Of a DNA stretch of 64,000 bases, positions 1 to 12,053 are shown in pieces (the stretch's first letter is position 1; each line of letters opens with the position of its first letter). Source of the stretch: Squalus acanthias (Eukaryota); assembly GCA_030390025.1 (NCBI GenBank), contig CM059432.1:84818001-84882000 (forward strand), read 5' to 3'. Made by a program: the position numbers and the translations under genes. The notes beneath the pieces were generated by a model. The model was not told the origin of the DNA. It ran no database searches and saw only the letters and a list, made by a program, of their open reading frames with translations.

Positions 1-2016
1 GAGTTATTTTACAACTTTCAAAAAATATATATTCCACTGAGGAAAAAAGGGTGTAAAAGAAATGACAGCCATCCATGGCTAAGTAAAGAAATTAAGGATA
101 GTATCCAACTAAAAACAAGGACATATAAGGTAGCCAAACTTAGTGGGAGGATAGAAGATTGGGAAGTCTTCAAAAGACAGCAAAAAGTAACTAAAGGATT
201 GATTAAGAAAGGGAAGATAGATTATGAAAATAAATTAGCAAAAAATATAAAAACAGATAGCAAGAGTTTCTATAGTTATATAAAAAGAAAAAGGGTGGCT
301 AAGGCAAACGTAGGTCCCTTAGAGGATGAGACCGGGAAATTAATGGTGGGAAACATGGAGATGGCAAAAATGCTGAACAAATATTTTGTTTCAGTCTTTA
401 CGGTAGAGGACACTAAGAATATCCCAACACTGGACAAACAGGGGGCTCTAGGGGGGGAGGAGCTAAATACGATTAAAATCACTAAGGAATTGGTACTCAG
501 TAAAATAATGGGACTCAAGGCGGATAAATCCCCTGGACCTGATGGCTTACATCCTAGGGTCTTGAGGGAAGTGGCAATAGGGATTGTGGATGCTTTGGTA
601 ATAATTTTCCAAAATTCCCTGGACTCAGCAAAGGTCCCGGCAGATTGGAAAACTGCTAATGTAACACCCTTATTTAAAAAGGGTAGTAGGCAGAAAGCTG
701 GAAATTATAGACCAGTTAGTCTAACATCTGTGGTGGGTAAAATTTTGGAGTCTATTATTAAGGAGACAGTAACGGAACATTTAGATAAACATAATTTGAT
801 AGGACAAAGTCAGCATGGCTTTATGAAGGGGAAATCATGTCTGACAAATTTGCTTGAGTTCTTTGAGGACATAACGTACAGGGTGGATAAAGGGGAACCA
901 ATGGACGTAGTGTATTTAGACTTCCAGAAGGCATTCGACAAGGTGCCACATAAAAGATTATTGCTCAAGATAAAAAATCACTGGATTGGGGGGAATATTC
1001 TGGCATGGGTGGAGGATTGGTTATCTAACAGGAAGCAGAGAGTTGGGATAAATGGTTCATTCTCGGACTGGCAACCAGTAGCCAGTGGTGTTCCGCAGGG
1101 GTCGGTGCTGGGTCCCCAACTCTTTACAATCTATATTAACGATTTGGAGGAGGGGACCGAGTGTAACATATCAAAGTTTGCAGATGATACAAAGATGGGA
1201 GGGAAAGTAGAAAGTGAGGAGGACATAAAAAACCTACAAGGGGATATAGACAAGCTGGGTGAGTGGGCAGAGATTTGGCAGATGCAATACAATATTGGAA
1301 AATGTGAGGTTATGCACTTTGGCAGGAAAAATCAGAGAGCAAGTTATTATCTTAATGGTGAGAAACTGGAAAGTACTGCAGTACAAAGGGATCTGGGGGT
1401 CCTAGTGCAAGAAAATCAAAAAGTTAGTATGCAGGTGCAGCAGGTGATCAAGAAGGCCAACGGAATGTTGGCTTTTATTGCTAGGGGGATAGATTATAAA
1501 AACAGGGAGGTATTGCTGCAGTTATATAAGGTATTGGTGAGACCGCATCTGGAATACTGCATACAGTTTTGGTGTCCATACTTAAGAAAAGACATACTTG
1601 CTCTCGAGGCAGTACAAAGAAGGTTCACTCGGTTAATCCCCGGGATGAGGGGGTGGACATACGAGGAGAGGTTGAGTAGATTGGGACTCTACTCATTGGA
1701 GTTCAGAAGAATGAGAGGCGATCTTATTGAAACATATAAGATTGTGAAGGGGCTTGATCGGGTGGATGCGGTAAGGATGTTCCCAAGGATGGGTGAAACT
1801 AGAACTAGGGGGCATAATCTTAGAATAAGGGGCTGCTCTTTCAAAACTGAGATGAGGAGAAACTTCTTCACTCAGAGGGTAGTAGGTCTGTGGAATTTGC
1901 TGCCCCAGGAAGCTGTGGAAGCTACATCATTAAATAAATTTAAAACAGAAATAGACAGTTTCCTAGAAGTAAAGGGAATTAGGGGTTACGGGGAGCGGGC
2001 AGGAAATTGGACATGA
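1..2016 (+). CDS. CR1 ORF2 reverse transcriptase (partial)
   Basis: ORF track 199..2016 (605 aa) with intact RT motifs; the same frame appears to stay open back to position 1. Confidence 0.9.
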   Translation, partial: ELFYNFQKIYIPLRKKGCKRNDSHPWLSKEIKDSIQLKTRTYKVAKLSGRIEDWEVFKRQQKVTKGLIKKGKIDYENKLAKNIKTDSKSFYSYIKRKRVAKANVGPLEDETGKLMVGNMEMAKMLNKYFVSVFTVEDTKNIPTLDKQGALGGEELNTIKITKELVLSKIMGLKADKSPGPDGLHPRVLREVAIGIVDALVIIFQNSLDSAKVPADWKTANVTPLFKKGSRQKAGNYRPVSLTSVVGKILESIIKETVTEHLDKHNLIGQSQHGFMKGKSCLTNLLEFFEDITYRVDKGEPMDVVYLDFQKAFDKVPHKRLLLKIKNHWIGGNILAWVEDWLSNRKQRVGINGSFSDWQPVASGVPQGSVLGPQLFTIYINDLEEGTECNISKFADDTKMGGKVESEEDIKNLQGDIDKLGEWAEIWQMQYNIGKCEVMHFGRKNQRASYYLNGEKLESTAVQRDLGVLVQENQKVSMQVQQVIKKANGMLAFIARGIDYKNREVLLQLYKVLVRPHLEYCIQFWCPYLRKDILALEAVQRRFTRLIPGMRGWTYEERLSRLGLYSLEFRRMRGDLIETYKIVKGLDRVDAVRMFPRMGETRTRGHNLRIRGCSFKTEMRRNFFTQRVVGLWNLLPQEAVEATSLNKFKTEIDSFLEVKGIRGYGERAGNWT

Positions 2017-2217
2017 GGCTGAGTTCGGATCGGTCGAGGCCCTGTGGGTGGCATAGCGGGCCCAGGGGCTGAGTGGCCGGGTCCTGCTCCTACTTCTTGT
2101 GTTCTTTAGATTTGAGGTGAGGATCAGATCAGCCATGATCTTATTGAATGGCGGAGCAGGCTCGAAGGGCCGATTGGCCTACTCCTGCTCCTATTTCTTA
2201 TGTTCTTATGTTCTTAT
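1..2217 (+). mobile_element. CR1 LINE, 3' part (5' end outside window), apparently young
   Basis: Uninterrupted RT frame to 2016 (YLDFQKAFDKV, GVPQGSVLGP, FADD); CR1 3' UTR ending in TTCTTATG repeats at ~2196-2217. Confidence 0.95.
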
Positions 2218-5200
2218 TCCCCCACGAGGGGAAACATCCTCTCTGCATCTACCCTGTCAAGCCCCTTCAGAATCTAAACTGTTTCAATAAGATCACCTCT
2301 CATTCTTCTAAACTCCAATGAGTATAGGCCCAACCTGCTCAACCTTTCTTCATAAGACAACCCCTTCATCTCCGGAATCAACCTCGTGAACCTTCTCTGA
2401 ACTGCCTCCAATGCAAGTATATCCTTCCTTAAATAAGGAGACCAAAACTGTACACAGTACACCAGGTGTGGTCTCACCAACGCCCTGTACAGTACTTCCC
2501 TACTTTAATACTCCATTCCCTTTGCAATAAAGGCCAACATTCCATTTGCCTTCCTAATTACTTGCTGTACCTGCATGCTAACTTTTTGTGATTCATGTAC
2601 AAGGACCCCCAGATCTCTCTGTACCTCAGCATTTTGTAATCTCTCCCCATTTAAATAATCATTTGCTTTTTTACTTTTCCTACCAAAGTGGATAACCTCG
2701 CATTTTCCCACATTAAACTCCATCTGCCAGATTTTTGCTCACTCACTTAGCCTATCTATATCCCTTTGGAGATTCTTTGCATCTTCCACACAATTTGCTT
2801 GCCCATCTATCTTTGTATCATTAGCAAATTTGGCTACATTACACTCAGTCCCTTCATCCAAGTCATTAATATAAATTGTAAATAGTTGAGGCCCCAGCAC
2901 TGATCCCTGCAGCACCCCACTAGTTACAGTTTGCCAACCTGAAAATTACCCATTTATCCCGACTCTCTGTTTTCTGTTAGTTAGCCAATCCTCTATCCAT
3001 GCTAATATATTACCCCCAACCCCGTGAGCTCTTATCTTGTACAGTAACCTTTTATATGGCACCTTATCGAATGCCTTCTGGAAATCCAAATACACGACAT
3101 CTACTGGTTTCCCTTTATCCACCCTGCTCGTTACATCCTCAAAGAATTCCAGCAAATTTGTCAAACATGATTTCCCTTTCATAAAACCATGCGGACTCTG
3201 CTTGACTATATTATGATTTTCTAAATGTCCTGCTACCACTTCCTTAATGATGGACTCCAGCATTTTCCCAATGACAGATGTTAGGCTAACTGGTCAATAG
3301 TTGCCTGATTTCTGTCTCCCTCCTTTCTTAAATAGGGGTGTTACATTTGCGGTTTTCCAGTCCGCTGGGACCTCTCCAGAATCTAGGGAATTTTGGTAGA
3401 TTACAAGCCAATGCATCCACTATCTCTGCAGCCACCTCTTTTAAGACTCTAGGCTGCAGGCCATCGGGTCCAGGGGACTTGTCCACCTTTAGTCCCATTA
3501 GTTTGCCTAGTACTTTCTCTCTAGTGATAGTGATTGTTTTAAGGTCCCGTCCCCCACCCCAATAGCCCCTTGATTATCCATTATTGGGATGCTTTTAGTG
3601 TCTTCTACCGTGAAGACCGATACAAAATATTTGTTCAAAGTCTCCGCCATTTCCCTGTTTCCCATTATTAATTCCCCAGACTCTTCCTCTCGGGGACCAA
3701 CGTTTACTTTAGCTGCTCTCTTCCTTTTTATATACCTGTAGAAGCTCTTACTGTCTGTTTTTATATTTCTTGATAGCTTACTCTCATAAGCTGTCTTCTC
3801 TCTCTTTATCATTTTTTTAGTCGTTGTTTGCTGGTTTTTAAAAATTTCCCAATCCTCTGACCTTTCACAATTCTTCGCAACATTGTATGCTTTTGTTTTC
3901 AATTTGATACCATCCTTTACTTCCTTAGTTAGCCTCGGATGGTTCATCCTTCTCTTAGAGTCTTTCTTTCTCACTGGAATATATCTTTGCTGAGACTTAT
4001 GAAATATCTCCTTAAATGTTTGCCACTGCTTTTCTACAGTCTTACCCTGTAATATATTTTCCCAGACCACTTTAACCAAGTCTGCCTTCATACCTTTGTA
4101 ATTACCTTTGTTTAAGTTCAGGACACTAGTTTGAGACCTAGCTTTCTCACCCTCAAACTGAATTTGAAATTCTACCATGCTATGATCATTCTTCCCAAGA
4201 GGATCCTTCACTTCGAAATCATTAATTAATCCAGCCTCGTTACACATTACCGGATCTAAAATAGTGTTCTCCCTGGTTGGTTCCACAACATATTGTTCCA
4301 AGAAACCATCCCGTATACACTCTAAGAACTCTTCCTCAAGTCTACCTTTGCCAATTTGCTTTGTCCAATCAATATGAAGATTAAAATCTCCCATGATTAT
4401 AGTCGTACCTTTCTTACAAGCCTCTATTATTTCTTGATTTATACTCTGACCTTCAGTGTGGCTACTGTTTGGGGGCCTGTAGACCACTCCCACCAGTGAC
4501 TTCTTACCCTTATTATTTATCTCCACCCAAACTGATTCTACGTCTTGATCTTCTCGGCCAATATCATTTCTCATTACTGCACTGAACTCATCCCTTATTA
4601 ACAGAGCTACACCATCTCCTTTTTCTTTCTGCCTATCCTTACGAAATGGCAAATACCCCTGAATATTCAGTTCTCAGCCTTGGTCACCTTGCAACCACGT
4701 CTCTGTAATGGCTATCAGATCATACCCATTTATTTCTATTGTGCTGTCAACTCATCTATCTTGTTACGAATGCTGCTTGCGTTCAGATATAGAGCTTTTA
4801 ACGTTGTCTTTTTACCATTTTTTCCTACTCTGACCCCTCTTTCTTATGCACTCTTATGTGTATACGCTCTGTCCCTTCCTGTCACACTCTGGTTATCATT
4901 ATCCCTATCGCTACCCTGCACTTTTGCCTTCTCATTTTTCTTTGACTTTTTAAATTTCCGCTCAGCGTATCCCTCCCCACCACCCCCCCACTATTTAGTT
5001 CAAAGACCTATCTACAGCCCTAGTTATTCGATTCGCCAGGACACTGGTCCCAGCCTGGTTCAAATGAAGCCCGTCCCGACGGAACAGCTCCCTCTTATCC
5101 CAGTACTGGTGCCAGTGCCCCAGGAATCAAAACCCATTTCTTCCACACCAATCTTTGAGCCACTTGTTCATCTCTCTGATCTTATTTACCCTATGCCAAT

Positions 5201-5947
5201 TTGCACGTGGCTCAGGTAGTAATCCACAGATTATTACCTTTGTGATTCTGCTTTTTAATGTAGTCCCTAGCTGCTCATACTCCCTCAGCAGTACCTCGTA
5301 CCTACATGGACCACGACAACTGGATCTTTCCCCTCCCACTCTAAGTTCCTCTCCAGCCCAGAGGAGATGTCCTTTACCCTGGCACCGGGCAGGCAACACA
5401 GCCTTCGGGACTCACGCTCTTGGCTGCAGAGAACAGTGTCTATCCCCCTAACTATACTGTCCCCTACCACTACCACATTTCTTTTTGCTCCTCCCATTGA
5501 ATGGCTCCCTGTACTACAGTGCTGTGGTCAGTTTGCTCATCCTCCCTGCAGTCCCTGCTCTCGTCTACACAGGGAGTAAGAACCTCATAACTGTTGGACA
5601 AGAGCAAGGGCTGAGGCTCCTCCATCACTACCTCCTGGGTCCCCAACCTGCCTCGCTCGTAGTCACACACACCTGTTCCTGACCACGGACCAAATTTGAA
5701 TCAATTAAACTAAGGGGTGTGACTGCCTCCTGGAACACAGCGTCCAGGTAACTCTCCCCCTCCCTGATCTGTCCCAGTGTTTGAAGCTCGGACTCCAGCT
5801 CATCAACATGGAGCTGAAGTTCCTCAAGCAACCAACACTTACTGCAAATGTGGTCGCCGTGGACCTCAATGGTGTCTACCAGCTCCCACATGTTGCAGCA
5901 GTAACACATCACCTGCCCTGCCATCTCTAATGTATTTAATTAATTAA
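2218..5947 (-). mobile_element. CR1 LINE, decayed (ORF1 zinc-finger/leucine-zipper/SGNH esterase plus ORF2 EN-RT fragments)
   Basis: Fragments 5628-5924 (MAGQVMCYCCNMWE), 5285-5497 (GDSIVRG), 3507-4652 (endonuclease), 2946-3263 and 2274-2723 (RT); interrupted near its 3' end by the 1-2217 CR1. Confidence 0.93.
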
Positions 5948-6458
5948 GGGGGAAAAATTCAGTTGGTTGCGCCTCCCGTTAGCGCCTTAAGAGGGCGCTA
6001 ATGGGGTGCAAAGCCGCTAGCGCCCGGGCGCAGCGATGTTTGCGCCGCTTGGGAACTTAACTAGACATTGTGCGGCGGCGCTAAACTTTACCGCTGCGAC
6101 CACCTGCGCGCGCAGATTGTGACGTCATTCCATGGTGCAACGCCCTTGTGGTGCCCCGGAGCGGAAATTGAGTGGCGCCCCCTGCCTTACCGCCTGGCGC
6201 ATCCAACGACCGGAAGACTGGAACGCTATCAATCGCTGTGGGGCTGGGGGGCGCGCTATTTAAAGGGGGCCTCTTCCTGTCTTTTTCTGTGGTTGACATT
6301 TTTGCACCACTCGTTCTGAGAGAGAGAGAGAGATTCGGAGAGAGAGAAAGAGAGACTTCTGCATTGAGTCAACGCTTTGTGAGGTAGTTTTGCCTACTGA
6401 TCCTAACTTCGCTGGTACTTTGGTTGCTGTCCTTCATAACTTTGCTTGCAAAGAGACT

Positions 6459-7618
6459 ATGGGGGCTGCACTGAATGGGGGCGTCATCCTGCTCCAGCTG
6501 AATCGGAGGACACAGAGACGCAGAGAGAGAGTGGCAATGATGGCCAGACGGAGGAGGGCCAACAGGCGTCTGTACAGGAGAGCTTACCCTCCCAGGGTAT
6601 ATCGTGAACAGCTCTCCTACATTCATTTGTCTGAGGAGCTGTGTTTGCGAAGGCTGCGATTCAGCAAGGAGGTGGTCACTGAGCTCTGCCACCTGCTGCA
6701 GCCAGATCTGCAGCCTCAACTGAGGTCCAGGACGTCTCTGTCGGTGGCAGTGAAGGTCACAGTGGCTCTCAACTTCTATGCTACTGGCTCATTTCAAGCT
6801 GCTGCTGGGGACCTCGCCAATATCTCCCAGTTCACGGTGCATTGCTGCATCCGGCAGGTCACAAATCCCTCTTTAAAAGGAGACGAGAGTTCATCTCTTT
6901 CCCCATGACCCCAGACAAGCAGCGTGACCGCGCTCTGGGCTTTGCGAGGATAGCGGGCTTCCCCATGGTGCAGGGCGCCACTGACTGCACGCATGTGGCT
7001 TTGCGTGCTCCACATGAGAATGCCGAGGATTTCCGGAACAGAAAGGGGTTCCATTCCTTGAATGTTCAGTTGGTCTGTGACCACAGACAGCTGATACTCG
7101 CTGTCAATGCCCACTATCCTGGCAGCTGCCACGATGCTTTCATCCTGCGCCAGACTACTGTGGCAGAACTTTTCGAGGCACCGCATCAGCCAGTTGGTTG
7201 GCTTCTCGGGGACAAGGGGTATCCATTGAGCACCTGGCTGATGACACCGCTCCGTATGCCCAACACCCCTGCTGAGCTGCGGTACAACGAGAGCCATCAA
7301 GCTACCAGGAACATCATTGAGCGCAGAATCGGCGTGCTGAAGCAACGGTTCCCCTGTCTCGACCATGCTGGAGGAGCCCTGCAGTACTCGCCTGAGCGAG
7401 TATCCAACTTCGTAGTTGTGTGCTGCATGTTGCATAACATGGCAATCGTCAGGACCCAGCCAATGCCACCAGGCCTTGGAGCACCACCAGAGGAGGAGGA
7501 GGAAGAGGAGGAAGAGGAAGAGGAGGATGATCATCAGCAGCACCAAGGCGGGAGGGCGGCCCACAATGGTGAAACTGCAAGGGCCGTCCGTCAACGGCTG
7601 ATAGCAAGCCGCTTCTAG
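6459..7618 (+). pseudogene. Harbinger (HARBI1-like) DDE transposase with one 1-bp frameshift at ~6866
   Basis: ORFs 6390-6908 and 6842-7618 join if one G is restored (QVTN[A]LFKRRREF); motifs ALNFYATGSFQ, GATDCTH, NRKGFHSLNVQ, LLGDKGY, IERRIGVLKQRF; acidic tail. Confidence 0.92.
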
Positions 7619-7922
7619 GGTCCCTGCTGTGGAAATGGCTTCTGCCATTGCTAACAACATCAATGAACCCAGCACGCAACCCCTAAGCCGGCCAAGGCAC
7701 CAATGATTCCAAACACCAAACATGTATATTTTGAATACAAAAACTTATTTATTTTACAAACTGTGTGTGTGTCATTTCCTCATGACAAACTCATAGAAAT
7801 AAACACAAAAAAACAGTCATTAACATAACTGGTTCTCACAACCTGGAGATAATGTCCAAAACACTAGACAAAAGTTGGACCACGAACCTCGGCCTTTAAT
7901 AAAAAAAATGACCAGCATTTTG

Positions 7923-9739
7923 TCACACCTCCGACTTTTTGCCCTTCGAGGGTGATCTCCTTCCCTTGCGCACTTCTCCCCTTCTAACCCTACTGCTCCT
8001 CCGTAATGGGACCTCAGTGGCTGCAGCAAGGCTGGTGGAAGGCTGCTGATTGTCAGACCCTGACACTGCAGATGCCCCTGAAGGACGGCCTCGACCAGTT
8101 CTGGGCCTGGAGGGCCCGGCTGCAGACTGCACCAACTCTGCATGGGCGGCAGCAGTCTGTCCTACAGGCGGTGGCAAGTGCAGTGGAGAAGTGACAGTGT
8201 TGGCAGCAGGAATGCTGTCATCGTGAGAGAGGACAGCAACTCCCTGCTCGACCGACACACTGGCACTCCCAAGGGGCAGCACTTCAGCATCCGGAGCAAT
8301 CTGCTGGAGCACAGATTGCTGGCCTGCTGCGGCGCGGTGAGAGCCCCGGGGACATGTGAACGAACCATCGAGGTTGGCAGCAGTCAGTGCTCGCGTGGCC
8401 TCAATCTGAGTCTGCATGAGAGCAGTCAGAGATGGGATCACGGCAGTCAGTGACTGAATTGCAGCACTAAGCTTTAGTGTGGCATCCGCCTGTGCTACAG
8501 CGAAGTGCTCCACACTCCTTGCCAGTGACTCAATGCATTCGGGCACCCTTCCCACTGCACCCATGAGCTCAGTGTGCATGCCCACCGCCTGGGTGTTCAT
8601 TTCTGCGATCAGCCGCTCCTCCTCTGCGTCCATTGCAGTAGGAGTCTCTGGCATACTCTCCCTCTGGGGAGAAGGCCCCCGTTCTTCCCTAGCCCCATGG
8701 CGTTGCTGCAGCCCGCTGGGTCCTGGAGCTTCACCCTCATCAGACCCTTCCCCCCTGCTCCCCTCCAGGGAAGGCGTGTTCCCAGTGTGGGCATGGGCTT
8801 CCTCGGGAGAGGGTGGCACTGATGCTCCGGCTTCCTCTTCCTCCTCGGCTGCAGCTTCACTCCCACTGGCAGCTTCAGGGCCCGTCTCCTCACCATCTGA
8901 AAGCAGGGAGGTACAAGAGTGGCTTTAGCGTGAGGACAGGGTGGCAGTAAGGGAGGAATAAGTGCAGCGAGTTAGCAAGTTGGATTGAAAGTGTCAAAGG
9001 CTGGTGTTGTGAGGGACAAGTGGAAGGACAGAGGACAAAAAGGTGATGACCTTACCATTGCTGTCCAGAACGGGGTCGGCGTCTCCAGTGGCGACGGGAC
9101 CGATCACCCGGCTTGCCACAATCCTGTGGACGCGCTCCTCAAGATCGCTGAGGGGTTGCAGCTGAGGCCGCCCGCCACCTGTCCGTTGCTGCTGTCACCT
9201 ATTATGCGCCAGCTTGGCCTGCAAGAAAAAGGACAGCATCTGAGTAAATATACAGCCATGGTCTTGCCTGATGTGCCTCCCATAGGTGAATAGCCCTTAC
9301 TGTATGCAGCCATGGTCTTGCCTTATGTGCCTCCCATAGGTGAATAGCCCTTACTGTATGCAAAGTGTGGAATGTGTGTGTGTGTTTCATGAAAGGGCCA
9401 TAGGTGTTGGATGAGTGTTGTGCATTGGGGTTTTAAGACCCTCTGGCCATAGAGTGAGGTTGAGATGGAGGGATGGAGAGGTATTGAGAAAAAGCCACTC
9501 ACCCTGACGACCCGAGTGAGGTCGTTGAACTTTTTGTGGCATTGAACATGGGTCCTGGGCACCATGCTCCTGGAGGAGACGCTCTGAGCCACCTCCCTCC
9601 ACACTCTTCTGTACTCGCGTGGCAAAGGCCTCCTGCCACTCTCAGGGAAGAGTATAGATGTTCTGCGCTCCACCGCGCCAACCAGAGCATCCAAGGCCTG
9701 CTCGGTGAAGCGCTGAGCTCGTTCTCTCACCCTCTCCAT
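7923..9739 (-). pseudogene. Harbinger Myb/SANT-like DNA-binding gene, 3 exons (9739-9503, 9218-9056, 8896-7923), premature TGA at 9195-9197
   Basis: Exon 1 RFTEQALDALV...WREVA...QCHKKFNDL; GT-AG introns in phases 0 and 1 give a continuous frame; exon 2 AKLAHNR*QQQRTGGG. Confidence 0.85.
9253..9362. repeat. 54 bp tandem duplication in Myb intron 1
   Basis: cagccatggtcttgcct(g/t)atgtgcctcccataggtgaatagcccttactgtatg occurs at 9253 and 9307. Confidence 0.9.
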
Positions 9740-10097
9740 CCTTGGCAGCAAAATGGATTCACAGGTCTCTCCAGGCCGAGATTCAAGGCTGCAATGAGCA
9801 GGGTGTGGCTGGGGAGCAAGTTGGCCCCCCCGCTTTAAGAACTGGCCGGCGCCAGTGTGTCTGTGTTCCCTCGCTAACTGGCAGCACCTGCGCTGCGCTC
9901 GCGCGCTGAGTTAGCACCTCACTGCTCGGCCTTTGCGCCTTAAGACAGGTGTGCAGTGCCTGATTTAGCGCTCCACTCACCTCCCTGGGCGGTAAAAGTG
10001 AAGTTTCCAGTCAGTGGCGATAATTAGCGCCAGGCGCTAATTTTTGTGTCCAGACAATATTTGCGCCCCAAACGGGGCGCGACCTAATTTTTCCCCC

Positions 10098-10555
10098 TAA
10101 GTGTTTAAGTTTTGATTGTTTAGTTTTTAATCCCAGCTCTTAATTTAAACCAATGCCCAAGAAAACAGAGAAATACTGACCAACCAATCACTTCCCTGCT
10201 TTCCTGTGACGTCACTCCTTGTTTTTGTTGTCAGGTCCGTTGCCTCTGCTCTCGGGTCTTCCTCTGCCACGTTGCTTATTTGCTCTGCCTCCGCTCTCGC
10301 TCACGTTCAGATCCACTGCCTCTGCCTTTTCCCTGTGATGTCAGCTTTTATTTTTCTCCGAATGTGGTTGGGGGGTTTCACAGAGCCGAACTCCCACTGG
10401 TTCTCTGTTCCCTCTTGTGCAGATTTGTAACTCCTGTTCTCCTGGAGGCTGACAAAGATAGAAAAAGAAGAAAGGAGTACCACCCTCCCCTCCTCACTGA
10501 ACTCCCTTACTCACCAAACTCGCAGGCTTACACTCTGTTCCAAGCTGCACTCCGT
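10098..10555 (-). mobile_element. 5' UTR of the 2218-5947 CR1, separated from it by the Harbinger insertion
   Basis: 10167-10215 (gagaaatactgaccaaccaatcacttccctgct) is close to the reverse complement of the CR1 5' UTR at 63450-63500; right boundary approximate. Confidence 0.7.
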
Positions 10556-11077
10556 AATGCTGAGCAGAACAGGTCCAGCACCTGTTCCACTCCAGGCAGG
10601 CGCATTTCATGGATAGTTCCTGAAATGGGTACAGGACCCTCATTTCCATATTAAAATGAGAACTGCGCTTATCTCAGGAAAGGACCTGAGAAGTTTAGCA
10701 GTACCTGCGCTCTCGCGCAAATCAGGCACGAGCCTTTCCACTGCCAAATTTGACATTATTATGCCCATCTTACACCCATGAACTGGCCACAACAATGTTG
10801 AATTTCTGCCCTGTGGTTCCTAATAATGTTACACTGCTACAAAGAGCTATATACCCATGCATTCAGAATTCATGCTCTCAACTCCCTATACCAGCACTGA
10901 TCAGCTAAAGCCTTACAGTTCTCAAGTGCCACAGGACGTCTCAAGGATTTATGAACACAAAGCTAAGTACTTCCTTAAATGTAGATTATAGTTTCTTCTG
11001 TTAAATCCTGGTAAGAGCACAGGACATAATATTGATAAATTAAAATATTTTTAAAAAAAATGTGAAATAAACGATAC

Positions 11078-11247
11078 CTTTGGAGGTATAATAGGAAGTT
11101 TGCCCATGCTGCATATGCACTAATAGTACCACACTGCCACTGCATTGGATGTGAGACATGGAACATCCAGGGAATTACAAATAGAATGGATGTCACACAC
11201 ATAAGCCAGTCTAGAAGATTGGTTGAATCAAACAAGTACTGCCATCT
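11078..11247 (-). CDS. TRPA1: TRPA1 internal exon (S3-S4), 170 bp
   Basis: aaacag|AGA TGG...CAA AG|gtatcg; RWQYLFDSTNLLDWLMCVTSILFVIPWMFHVSHPMQWQCGTISAYAAWANFLLYLQR vs human KRNYFMDISNVLEW...QWQCGAIAVYFYWMNFLLYLQR. Confidence 0.96.
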
Positions 11248-12053
11248 CTGTTTATTAAGACAAAAAAAATGAACGTTAGCACAGTAGCAATTAATACAAT
11301 CATAATAACATTTACAATATTGTTTTATTCTTTCCTGAATTACTGTAGGGATTGATCAGCTTGACGTGTGTTGCATTCTACCATCCTTCCGAATGCATTC
11401 TTTTCATTAGCTAGCCAGGTGAGTGCTGTTTCAAATTTTCAAATACATTGATTTATTTTAGCTTCCACTGACCTGTTTTGGGCAGTACCTTACCAGGAGT
11501 CAATGGAAATATAATGTGGCTTTAAACACTGTTTAAGACTGTCCTCGTACTCCTAACACTGCCCTCCATGACTGAATTTGCTTTCCTTTAGCAGATTCAG
11601 CAAGTCCTCACTAATTAAGCCAAGTATTAATGGCTCAATTTAAAAACTATTTACAAACATTTTCTACCCATCTGTTGTATGCAAAAGTAACACACAAAAA
11701 GCACTAACTCACACTCTTCAGTTTAAGATAGTAAATGTATAATAATTAGTATGAAAGGAAGGAACCAAAAGAGGAAGTATGTGTTACACCAAGAGTCGCT
11801 TTGGTAGTCCCACCACTGACCAAGTATATACCTGCCAGATTGGTTCTGCATCAGGTGGTGAAGGAACCAGCATGAAGGATTAACCCACTTCACCTTGTTC
11901 TTACCAATCTATCTGTCACTGAGTTGTCTACCATTGATAGGTGTGACCGCTGCATAGTCCTTGTGAAGACAAAATCTTGTCTACACTGTGAAGACATCCT
12001 CTGTCATGTAGTGTGGCACTACTAAGTGCTAAGTGAGACAGAATAGAACAGAT

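Larger units (their letters stand above)
5948..10097 (+). mobile_element. PIF/Harbinger DNA transposon, full length (4150 bp), near intact
   Basis: Perfect 12 bp TIRs GGGGGAAAAATT / AATTTTTCCCCC, TAA TSD (5945-5947, 10098-10100), convergent transposase and Myb/SANT genes. Confidence 0.95.

Noticed and set aside
6459..7618. Domesticated host gene HARBI1
   Set aside because: Bounded by TIRs and a TSD, paired with a Myb gene, frameshifted, and multi-copy in this window, so it is a transposon
6794..7723. 309 aa antisense ORF and similar shadow ORFs (e.g. 35659-36288, 8479-8928)
   Set aside because: Antisense frames of GC-rich transposon coding sequence; hydrophobic runs come from GAG repeats
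9253..9362. CRISPR-like repeat
   Set aside because: Two head-to-tail units with no spacers, in eukaryotic DNA
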